A stretch of 64,000 nucleotides of DNA, taken from NCBI RefSeq assembly GCF_026571515.1, contig NW_026864408.1, positions 62,001 through 126,000 of the forward strand, read 5' to 3'. The translations under genes were made by a program, and so were the position numbers. The DNA is from Ruditapes philippinarum (Eukaryota). The notes under the pieces are model-generated. The model was given only the letters and a program-made list of their open reading frames with translations. It was not told the DNA's origin and did not search any database. Shown here one piece after another: positions 41,961-54,200 of the stretch; position 1 is the stretch's first letter, and every line of letters starts with the position of its first letter.

Positions 41961-42576
41961 TATTAAGAGGTTAATACACGGCAGGAGAGGGCCGGAAGGT
42001 GATAATCGGCCCGCAAAATGAATAATGGACCCGAGGGCTTTAGCCCGAGGGCCATTATTCATTCAGGGCCGATTATCACCTTCCGGCCCTACTTTGCCGT
42101 GTATTAATGTCTTTAATACACTTGGTAGATCAAATAGTAGCATTAAAAATACTTTGAAGTTCTTTCGTTGAAATTCTTGTCTACACTTCTACTGTTCTGT
42201 AGAGATGTTTACTGTTTGTGTGTTCAAAGTAGTAGAATCGAGAAGCAAGTTTTATTTTCATTTTTTTCGGAATTAATTTGTCGTATTATTTATTCAAATT
42301 TCAATAGTTACAAAAATGTGTTTGTACGAAATACGCTTAAGCTCTCATAATAAAATAAAGCGATTCGTGCGGACAACCTACTTTCACTTTTACAGTTAAC
42401 TGTTTGATGACGTGAAATATGACGTCATTGTTCCAGTTTGTGCACGTGCACATGTTCTGCGGGCTGATAACTAGTTCTCGGCCCCGGGCCGCAAACTCAT
42501 AATAGGTCACGTGACACTCATAATCAGTTGAAATCATAGGCAATTTTGTTACTATATATAGTAACAAGTGTATTAA
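41961..42576. mobile_element. Long-hairpin non-autonomous element (Crypton-like geometry)
   Basis: Hairpin 41971-42107, second IR TTAATACACTTG (42113-24) / CAAGTGTATTAA (42565-76), TATTAA at both ends. Confidence 0.7.
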
Positions 42577-44479
42577 TTCGTATTATCAAGGATATGACGT
42601 ACGCAGAGTAAGATTTAAAGGAAGTCTCTTTATACTAGTACAAAGGGTTGTCTCTTATCTCTAATCAAATATGTTTATAATGCTTATAAACATTATGCAT
42701 AAGAAATACTTTCATTTATATTTTTCAACAGCGTTTGGTTTTCTGGTGTCACTTGTAGTTTCATTATCCATATACCATGCAAAATCATCTTTCTCTTCTG
42801 TTGCCTTTTGGCAATTAGTACTGCTGTTGTCACGTGATAAGCATGTTACATGCTCTAAAACATTATTTAAACATTACAAAACTCATGTTTGCCTTTTTTA
42901 AAACGAAAAAATAGTGCCTGAGACATAGTGTGCCTTTAATATTATGTATCGGCAACAGGTTTCAAACGGATGTGTAATGACATTATGATCTATAATGGTG
43001 AACGTATACTTTTCTACTTTTATAGGAGAGGGGTGTTTGTAGGGTTTGGGAATATTTTTTAATTCTTCCTATGTAGAATATTGACGTCTTTGTTACATGT
43101 ATTAGTATTACTAAACAACTAATCAACGGCCTATAATCCTAAGCGTAAAGCGATATTACTTTGGATAGAGTTGAGCCCCTTTGACAGTTGATAAAATATT
43201 TGAAATTTCCAGCCTTCCGAAACAGAAAGGTAAAGTTTTTTATTCCTTCTTATGTACTTGACATTTTCATACTGTTTTTTTTTTTTAAATGAGAATGATA
43301 AATAAGATGAAATTGAGCCTGGTCCCGTTGAAACTAATGCACGGAGGAGCTTACGTCGATGTTCATCGTCTGCATAGCTGGAAAGACACCACTAAATCAT
43401 GATTTCAGTCCAGCCACATTAATTGAAGATTAAAAGAACTATATAGCAAAAAGAATCTAATTGAGCGGCCATTTGAGGTATTTAAGTGACGTATTAAAAT
43501 ATGCAAGGTAGCATTTGAGGTCCATGGGAGCAAAATAGAAATAACGGAAAGTAATAAATTAAAATGGAGATTTCATGCTGTTTCTCACGTGAAATGTATT
43601 TAATTTGTATGGTGGCTGTTTTATATTATGTTGAATCTAAAAAAAGCAAATGTTGTATCTAGAAAAAAGAAAGAAAAAAACTCCAAACTCCAAAATACGA
43701 CAAAGTCAAAATGTGCACATTGCATTTGAATCAATCTTGGTGTTACATTCCCGCAAAATAAAATATTGAACAAAAATATGTTATATGTTTAATCTCAGGT
43801 CAGTCAGGATACCTTGTAATTATAGATATAATTACGACACGTTCCGTGAAAATCGTTTATTTTCAAAATAAGAACTTCATTGACATTTTATAATGATAGA
43901 ACAAACAAGTCATAAGAAAAATGATTGTGTGAAACTTTCACAATAAAATGCAAACGAAACAAATTTTCTCATGAAATTTGAAACTTTGATGGTTATAACT
44001 TCATTTCTTAAAAAAAGAAATGTTATCGGCTGTCAATCCTTGCTGGGTCATTTCATTTAGAGTTGTTGTTTTTTTAATTATCTTTTTACAAAAATGTTGT
44101 TCATTTTACTATATAATTAACAAATAGAAAAACACAGTATAGATATTTAGATACATAAGAAATACTGAAATACTGAAGTTGAGTGCTCAGTGTCAGAAGT
44201 TTTCTAGTGCCATCATTTGTATTTAGACCTGCATGGTTGCTGATACCTGATACTTTGGATTGATAGAAAAGCGTTTGAAAAGACTGATTCAATTGTTTTA
44301 TTTATATATTTCTTCCAACGGTCTACATATGTATTGAAATTAATTTTAAACTTTGGAATTGTTTACTGTATACATTATTTATACAATACGTCTACACAAC
44401 AGTTTGCTAGGATTTAGTATAATACAAGGCATAAAGCACCCAGGGTGAGATATAATCTGACCAGTAACGCGGAGTTATA

Positions 44480-44760
44480 TTTTGATTGACAGATCCCATA
44501 TTCCCGCCTCTGTATTTTCATTGGTTGACCTACATAAATTCGACCGGATGTTGATTACTGCTGCCATTGTGAAGTTCCACGCGCGTAAGTTAGGAAGTAA
44601 CAAAATTGACCATTAGCGAATTAACTAAATACCCATACGGCTGTCCGGAGCTAGATATAGTGCCACTGATAAAATAAACTCTGTCAACATTTACGAGCTG
44701 TTTGAATTTGTGCGAATTACCAAGAGGAATCGTTTTGTGGAACACGTGGGTTTCACTTCT
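44480..44760 (+). promoter_or_regulatory. Putative proximal promoter of gene B
   Basis: CpG-enriched; TTCCCGCC (44501), ATTGG (44520), CCGGATGT (44544), GGAAGT (44593), CACGTG (44743). Confidence 0.5.
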
Positions 44761-44828
44761 CAGTTAATTTGTTATTTATGATAAGATAGTCGGATTTTTT
44801 AATATATATTGAAGAAAACACTAAGAAA

Positions 44829-45291
44829 ATGGGTGAAGATTTTAAGGTTGTGAATGCTGACGGTGATAGTGATTCTGGAAGAATAAAGTTGAAGAAGGAA
44901 ATAGGACTTCACAATGCTGTGGCTATCATAGTGGGGGTTATTGTGGGGAGTGGAATTTTCATTAGCCCTAAAGGAGTTCTTATGGAAGCGGGCTCTGTGG
45001 GACTGTCACTTTCAGTATGGGGAATGTGCGGAATTATTTCACTTGTAGGGGCTTTATGCTATGCTGAACTGGGAACATGTATTCTGAAATCAGGGGCAGA
45101 TTATGCGTACATTGGAGAAGCATTTGGACATTTACCTGCATTTTTGTACTTATGGGTTGCTTTAGTTATTATTATGCCAACAGGGAATGCAATTACAGCT
45201 TTGACATTTGCTAAATATGTGCTACAGCCAATATTTCCAGACTGTGAGGTTCCATCAAGTGCAGCAAGTTTACTGGCGGCCTTATGCATTA
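44829..45291 (+). CDS. SLC7 gene B exon 1 (MGEDFK...LAALCI)
   Basis: aaaATGg start, TM1-TM4, GTAAGT donor at 45292, phase 1. Confidence 0.95.
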
Positions 45292-48200
45292 GTAAGTATT
45301 TAATTTTAGTTATTGATTTCCCTCTATGGGCCCCTTGTAGTAAATTTACTATATAGTAACACCATGCATTGAACACATGGGTTTCATCATCAAATAGTTT
45401 CGGTGATACACATGGTTGCATCATTAGGAAGGTTCCATTTTCAATTCATGAATGATTGATGGGGTTAGATTTGAAATCAATAATATCTTAAAAATTGATT
45501 TTAAAGTTGAAAATAACTTGAATCACATATAGGCTGGCATACATGTATATTGGGCTAACATGTATTTTTATATATAACACAAATTTTAATATTAAAATAT
45601 AACTCAAAATGGCATACACTATGTTCATTTACACTGTATTATATTACTTTGTGCTGTTGATGAAAATAATAAATAATAAAATACTTCCTGACACAGTCTA
45701 CTATAATATATTCATATAAATATAAATATGTTCACTTAAACAAATGAGCTCTTCTTTCTCAAATAGGAAAAAAAATAACAAATTTCAAATTGAGAGGAGT
45801 CTCAGAGGAATCAACAAATCTACTGGTGTGAGATGGAAAGGGATTTAAAACTTTTCCCACTACACCCTTACCCTCATATCTATACTTACCCTGGCTGCTG
45901 AATTTCATAAATGGGCTTGTCCAGCATCTGTTTTTTTTAACTGACCATTATCTATTTTGGGGATGTCAAGATGAAAATTAAAAGTTACTCTGCCAGCAGA
46001 TGTACTGGTTGCAATCGCTTTACAGGTACTCTCAGTTCCAACCGGCTAAGCCAGTTTAACAAATAAATCCTTGAGAAATGTAAAAGGTGACTTGTATCAA
46101 ATATAAATTTGTCTTGGTCTGTATTTCCTGTGTTGAGTAAACACTTTTGTTTACATATTTGTCAATGTTAATCAGAGCCCAAGGTAGGCTCCTCTTAAGA
46201 CCTACTCTATAGAAAAAGCATCTGTTTAATTAAAGTGACATTATGTCCAAAAAGCATCTGTTTAATTAAAGTGACATTTTGCCAATAAGAGCAAATAGTG
46301 AGTGTTCAAGTAAAATTAAAATACAAATGTTACTACATTTAATGATTTTTTTCATATTAATGTTTTCAATTTTATAATATTAAGCATCACTGAGTAATCA
46401 TTAACCCCTGTGACGACCCTGAGACTCATATAGATATCCTTCAGGAATTAGCGGTTATGTCCAATTTATGAAGAGTGGGACAGTCTTTTTATATTTTAGA
46501 CAAGTTTTTATATTGTATCCTTTAGTTTACAATAATTGTAATTATTAATTATTGTTTACTCGCCATTATAATAGTCATTCTTTTGGAATATACATCTAAT
46601 TTACCTCAACTTGACCCTAAAAAAATAGCATAATGTCACTTTAAGCAACAACCTATTTTCTCAAAAGTAGTATGTAATTTCTTACTATGATAACATTTAT
46701 ATCAACAAAAAATAGACTTATCCCCAAGGTGTAACTGTTAATTAATTAACCTTTAACATAGTGAACCATTGTTCGTTCTTTCTGATGTTTTCTTTTTTTT
46801 TAACTGACATAGATAAATGTCAGTTATGTTAAGTGTTATTTGTACATAAGTATTTTTGTACAAATGTACCAACTTGGACACATACTGGCAAATTTATTAC
46901 TGTTGAATTTTGATCCATTTGCTTCATTGTATGGTATTAAACCATTTTCATGCTCTCACTTGGAGGAAGGGGGAGTTGTTGCTTATGTCTGTCTTGCTTT
47001 CAAGGTGTGGGACTCGCTGACAAACTAGTAGAACGTGGGCCAGGGGGCATCTGTATACTGTGGACACACTTCTTTAGTTTAATCGTATTGTTGCAAAAAA
47101 GTCTCTAAATTTCAACATATTGTGTTCATGATTAAATTAATTTTCTGGACAAAACTACATAAATCATATCATTTGAAGCTAATAATTCAATTCTAAATTT
47201 GCAGTTAAAATATTAAATATATAATATTGAATATTCAAAGTCTGTCTAAATATAAATTGGGAAAAAAGATTTCCAGCTATATTAGTCTAAGTCTATACAA
47301 ATGTATATTAATTTGGGAAAATATTTCGATGAGAATTAAGGGAATGATTTTAGATTAGCAGCAACATATGGCCATATTTATTACTAGTGTAATAAATAAC
47401 TTATAATTATGATCACATGCCTGAAGTCAAGAGCTTTATACACATCAGTTCAGCTGCTCTATAAAAAGGGAAGGGATACTGATAAGGATCAGCAAGCGCA
47501 GTGGTCAGCCTCTGTGGTGTTAATTAATTCATGGGGTTATAACATGTTATTAATTGGCACTTGGTTAATTGATCTTATCCCTTTTGGCTTTATATCTTCT
47601 GAATCTGTGTTATAGTCCAAGGTCAACAATATAGAGACTGGTCAGATTGCATGGATGTGCATGCTGTCATGCCTCTCAGTATGTACAGTACGTCTTGGCA
47701 TTATTTCAGTAAATTATTTCAGTTTCATTATCTAATGATATTGATCATCTACCATGCAATGATGCATGGCCTGGCTTTGTTGCAGATCTGCAGATACATT
47801 GTATATGTAATTTTCCCAAGTTTAATTTTTTAATTGTAACCAATTTTCTGTTGAAAATGTGCAATTTTCTGTTGAAAATGTGCAATTTTCTGTTGAAAAT
47901 GTGCAATTTTCTTATAACTTTCAATAAAGACTCTAAACATGAAAAAAAAAAAGGGTTTACAATTAGAGTGGTTTGTTGGTGCATAAACGTCAACCTGGGA
48001 CATAAGAGTCACTGGTTCATTATATATAAAAATCAAGGGTATTGCCCACGTCTGATGCATGTATATACATACAGAAATGTCACATGACAAATGGGTCGAA
48101 GCTGGAACTCTAACCATGGGTATGCAGGTTGATGACCAGTATGACGTGGCCTTTGCAAATATGAATCTTAGTTGTTATACTATTTACAACTGAAATAGAC

Positions 48201-51200
48201 CACATTAAGAAACATTGCATAAACAAAGTTTTTCTAACCTTTAACATGCTTAAGTCCATGTTTATTCCTTAAATGTTCTCTAATACCTGATACAGAATTG
48301 TATGACTTATCACACTGATCACATATATAAGTTTTTCTTTTATCCTCTGTAGATTTTACACTTATCTTATCCTCATCCTCAGAATTTTCAAATTCACTAG
48401 CTGTAAATTCACCAAGAAAAAAATCTAAATCAATATCCTCAAAGTGAACAAAGTCCAATTTTCCATAAGCCATATTGCAGTGTATCAGTGTGTATAAATT
48501 TCATTTTTTTTTTTATTTTTTTTAATGCGTTTATTTAAGGTCGCTGCCGGAAAGCCCATATGGGCGACCGTACACTCAAGTCGGGCCATCCTAGAGCGTC
48601 CCGCCGAGATTTTTCGTCAATTTTTTTTCAGCTTTATTGGTGGAGGTAGACCCCAGGTGCCCCTCCGGGCATTATTTCAGGCACGAGTGGGCACCTGGGT
48701 AGAACATCCGACCTTCCGTAAGCCAGCTGGGTGGCTTCCTCACGTGAAAGATTTCGACCCGAGTGAGGATCGAACCTACAGCGGTGAGGGACCTGTGATC
48801 TCAAGTCAGCGACCTCGGCCACGGAGGCCCCCACTGTAAAATTTCATATATGAACATTGCATCTTAAATGTTTACTTTTTATGAACAAAATTGAGTTTAA
48901 ACTGTCAGTCAGTTTTAAGTTTATTTATACTCGGCGCCGGAATAACCATATGTCCGAGAATTCAGCATCCGTGCTTGTCCACTAAGGTAGTCGCATCGGG
49001 GACGTCTTTGTCAAGCTGAGTCTTCCTGATATTTCCATTCTTCGTTCATTGGTGGTAGAGGAGATGACAATATTGGCCAGGCATCATGTTCCATACTGAC
49101 GATAACAAAAACGGCTCTCATTAGCGCCAACCCTCCAGAGTTAGTCACGACAGGTCAACCAATTTCCTCTGGTACCTTAGATCTATGACTTGACCTGCTG
49201 TGTGCCTTCTCCGCGACGTGCACGCCTCTGGAGGGATTTGGAGAAGAGTTAAAACTGTCATTCAATAGCATCTTTTAAAAGGGCATTATTGTGTGTAGTA
49301 AGAAATCAATCTATTCAAAAATGAAGATTAAAGCTAAATAAGAACATAATTACAAATATATGTGAAAAATAAGTTTAAACATCAAAGATTATCAAAGGCC
49401 ATGTCACAAACAAACATGAATAAAACAAAGGTCAGACATTTCATTAAACCAGAAATTATTACATGTTATAAACATGTTTATAGCAGCTGTACACTTTAAT
49501 TACATAATATATATATTCTATAATTAATTTGACATAATTATATTCTATAATTAATATAAACCATGTAATTAAAGCTATAATTGAAATTTAATGATTAAGT
49601 TATTTCTGAACATATTTTAATTACAAAACGTAAATTTTCTATCATAATTAAATACGGTAAAATATTTATCTGTATCTGATTCATATTTATTCATATTTTC
49701 AAAATTGATTCAATGAAAAAAGTATTTAAAAAACCAACAACCTTTTTTTAACTATTATTTTGATTGCCCACCTCCCGAAATCACCGGAAAATTTATGCAC
49801 GGAATATATCAACCCGGCATGTACCGTGATTACGGCGTTTAAAAATGGCGCTTATCGATCGATCGATCTCGATTGGACACCAACATTGGCCGTGATAAGA
49901 AAGCGCGAGTTGCTTGTCCCGTTATCTTATGTCCCAGCGACATATTCACATTTGGTTGAATAGTTAAAAGTTGCCATCCTAGACCTTTTTTTCACTGCTC
50001 CGCACCACAGTGGGTTTGAATCTGGCTTGAATGATGTTAAGTGTTTAACATAATTTATAGTATATATAATCAGTTCAATAAAAAACAAACGCTTTCCTTA
50101 GCTTTCGACATTTTGTCTTTTTCTGAAAATAAAATAGATTATAAAAAACGTTTTTACATTTTTGATAGGATATAATCAGGGCTTCCACTAGGAATTTTTT
50201 TTAGGAAGTCAGGACTTCCTTTCAAGGAATTTTGGAAGTCATGAGGAAAATTTCTGGAAGTCAGTTGTTCTTTCGTGTTTCAATGTTTGATTTATAGTAT
50301 GGGATGATACCGGTAACAGCAATTATTTTAAGTATTAAGTTCAAGGTACCTTCACATGATTGTTGGGTAAATAACTAGGAACATTTCCCTGAAAAGGACT
50401 GTATTGTTGTTATTTAAGGACAGCAGTAACCATGTAGAACCTTTCAGTGATATCATTCAAACATTTGCTAATTGGTATAACAAAAAAAAAATCCAAAAAT
50501 AAGAACTTTATTCTTTATCAATCATGGTACAAGTACATATAAACATAGCATACAACTTACAAATTTAACAATCATAAATGAGAAGTACTACATGATCAAA
50601 CATTTTTCAAACATTATAGTAAATGCATAACATAATGTTGTCTTAAGTGAATTTAAGGGTATGAATATATTAATAACAGAAAAAATTATCAATACATGCA
50701 CAGTATCATTATCAATAATAAGAAAATGCAGAGTACAAAATGTACCATCATTTCTTTGTCTATTTTACAGAAATATGTACAGGCACAATAAAAAAATCTT
50801 ACTTGATTTATATTCTAGCTTATATTGTTAAAATAAATATTAATAAATAGTATAATTTGGTGATATTTGATAAATAATATTTACAAAAAAGGACAGGCAA
50901 AGATAAAAAATAGTCAACAATCCTTACTAAGTAAACCTATCTTATGTTTTATTATATAGTATATTTAATTGATTACTTTGATATTGCCATTTGATTGGAA
51001 TAAACTTAAAAAATCAATGAGGATACTTCTAAAAGATATTTACAAAAATATATACAGGCAAAGAGAAAATTAGTAAACAATAATCTCAGTAAATGTGGCT
51101 GATATTGTTCAATATTTGTTAAAATATATACTAAATCCATGTTTAATGTGACATGATTAATGAGATTATGACATCATTTGCTTGCTATTAATTTAGTGCA

Positions 51201-54200
51201 TAACACTATTAACAAAATTAGTGTGAATAAAAAGCAATCCTTATTGCATAATTCTGAGGTACTTTCACACAGTCACAACTTTTCAATACTCAGATTATCA
51301 TTATTGAACTTTTCACTGAACATTATCATTGTAAAGTCACTTGCTTGGTTTGTAAAGTTGAGCCAATCTCCTTTTCTTTTCAAGGCGCCAGTGTTTAATT
51401 GCTTTGTCATAAGGGAAGTTATGTACACTTGGGCCAGATGATAATTTCATCAAAATGTCAAGGTTATCTGGGGTAAGGGAAGTTCTGGCTTTGATTTTGA
51501 TTCTGTTTTGCAGACTGAAGCCGCGTTCACAAGCAACACTAGTGACTGGGATACACATGGCTATAGTTACCAACAGTGAAGTCAGAGGATATTCCTCTTG
51601 GTGTCGCCTCAACAAGACCTTATGAAATTCACTTAGAGTCAGTTGTTTGTAAGAACCATGCATTAATGTTTCTATTCCACTGAATTCCCTTTTAAGTTCC
51701 ATTTCACTTATTTTGTAGAACTCAGCAAGTTCCTTCAAGTTGTCGGATGTCTCACATGCTGAGAGAAGGTCGAGACTACGGGGCTCAAGAACACTGAAGG
51801 CTTTCAGTATTGAAGTAGAGTCATTTGACAGTCTTTGTTCTAGGTGATGGCATACACTACCAATGTAATCGTTTTTCAATTTGTCCATTTGAGACTTCTC
51901 ATTGGCATGTGTAAGTTGTATTCCCTTGAAGAATAATTTGCTTCCATTAGCACTGATATTGTCTTTAAATTCAGCAGTTCTTGTCCCTGTCACATTTTTA
52001 AGACCATTCAAACGTCCTAGAGCACTATCACGTAATATGTCCAGCTGACTTACATCTAAAGATTCAGCTTGAAGCTGTTTGCTTAAAATTCCAATAACTG
52101 ACAGCACGTCACTTAATACAGCCGTAAAGGCAGGAAACTTATAATGTAACACATCCTTGAGTAGCCCTTCTGCGATGTTGTCACCTATTGTGTTTTTTCC
52201 CTCATTTGATTGTAGATAGGCCACAATTGAACCATAACACTTGTGAACAGTTGTAACAGCATTTTCCATCGCCAACCAGCGAATATTTATTGGATCCTTG
52301 AGTTTGAGTTGTGGTTCTTGCATGATATCTTGCATTGCCTCAAGTTTAAATGTCCTGATACCTGAACCTGACACATGAACATACAAATTTTTCAAAGTAT
52401 CCCTATAATGTTTCAAGTACGGAACCTCCTTTGATGCGTCTGAACAGGCTAAAGCAAGTCTATGGGCCATACAATGGACATGAGTCAACAGAGGGGCGTC
52501 ATTTCTTAACAACTGTCCTACACCACCTTTTCTCCCAAACATGACAGAGGCACCATCACTACCAAATCCAACTAAATTCACCATGTTAAGTCCAAGTGAT
52601 TTCACTTTGTTCCTCAGTTCATTAGCTATTGTTAGCGCAGTCCCATCAGCAATTCGTATATCTCCAACTAATTGAGTCTTCAAATCACCAGTGTTTTTAC
52701 ACACATACCTTATATACATTATCAATTTCTTGTGAATAGACAAGTCTGTGCTCTCATCAGTAATAATTCCATAGTACTTAGCACTTTGTAGTTCACTTTT
52801 CATTTGTTCATCTAACACATGAATCAAACTTTTCTGCACACCAATGATAGTGTCACTATGCAAGTCTTTCATTTCTGGATCAACACCACTTAATCTTAAA
52901 AAATCCAGCTGCGTGTTCACGAAAGAATTTGGAAGATTTTGTTTTGCTACAAAGTATGTTGTGCGAAATAGGTGTTTTTCAGATTCTGAGATGTGTATGA
53001 TGGGTTCTTCTTTTTCTACCTCTGGATCAGTACCATACAGCTGTTGTCTCATGTGATCAGCCTGCACAGCATGTTTGTGGTCCTTGGATTCATTGTGTTT
53101 TACAAGTGTGGATCTCTGTAGATTTCCTGAAATAAAAAAAACATGACAATTGTTAGCATTGTTAAATTTCATATTTGTAAAATAAAAAATATTGATTAAA
53201 TATCTTTTGTGTTTACAATTATTTCTACCCAATACAATTTCAGTGTATCAAATGAATCATAACACATTAACAAATTTAATCAGGCTTGCAAATTAAAAGT
53301 TTTATGAAAATAATATGAACACCTTTCTCGACCAAATTATTTTTGTAAATGCTTACTGATAAAATAAAAGCTAACATATATTTAGTAATATTTACAATAA
53401 AAAATCAAAATATCATAAATTATTTTATTTCCTCACTATGTGCCGAGCATTTTATTTTTCAACAGTTAGCATGTTCATTTTTTTAATCAATAAGATAAAT
53501 TTAATAGTTTAATTACCAGCCCCTTCCTTTGTGAAAGAATTTTGAATTTTTGCAGCACGACATACTTTACAGTACATCTTCTTGGAGTCTGAATTATATT
53601 CAAGCCAGTCAAATTGTTTGAGCCAATTATCTTGGAATATGCGTACAACAGGTTTTGAATTTTGATCACTTTTTGTTTTTTTGGAAAGTTGCTTTGGAGC
53701 AACATTCTCAGACTCATCATTTTTACGTTTTTGAGATATGCCAAATTGCAAAAGTGACCGTTGAGACATTTTGAGAATGTGATGAAAGTTTGGGTAGGGA
53801 ATTAGGTTTTTAAATGTAACTTTGCTTCTCATAATTAGCGAGTGGAAAAAATTATATACAATCAAATCATGATCAATAGAATGTGTGAAAATTAAACGTC
53901 TTTAACTTCAAAAAGGAAAAAAAAATCAAAAGACAAAAAGTTGAAACACACTTCGCCGACTCGGCAAACTTTCGGATATCAATCAAAACTTGCCGATGCA
54001 CACAATTGAATAAATCATTTTATCTAATTAAAGTAGAAACAGGTACCTACCTCGGTTTATGACAATTAACTGTCGATTATCCATACAAAATAAACAATTA
54101 ATCCAATCACTTTGTTTTCACGCTTATCAAGGTCATAAATCAACACTCGCTAATTCGTCACATTACAGTTAGTCTTAATTGCTGATGATTATAATTGGTT

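Larger units (their letters stand above)
47989..49941. mobile_element. TIR-bounded DNA element carrying the C2H2 ORF
   Basis: 13-bp inverted repeat CTGGGACATAAGA (47995-48007) / TCTTATGTCCCAG (49925-49937), GTC...GAC outer ends, flanks AAAC / ATAT. Confidence 0.55.

Noticed and set aside
32266-42940. Possible Kolobok-type elements bounded by TTAAAGG...CCTTTAA (about 32266-32638 and 42615-42939)
   Set aside because: Only about 7 bp of terminal complementarity in AT-rich DNA; not supportable without a repeat library.
41054-44828. A single shared bidirectional promoter
   Set aside because: The ATGs are about 3.8 kb apart with two separate motif clusters and intervening repeats; shared enhancers remain possible.
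48525-48839. 104-aa and 66-aa ORFs
   Set aside because: They lie entirely within a SINE.
53127-53232. First 35 aa or so of the 631-aa transposase ORF
   Set aside because: Intronic read-through from a non-ATG start; splicing from 53517 restores the zinc finger.
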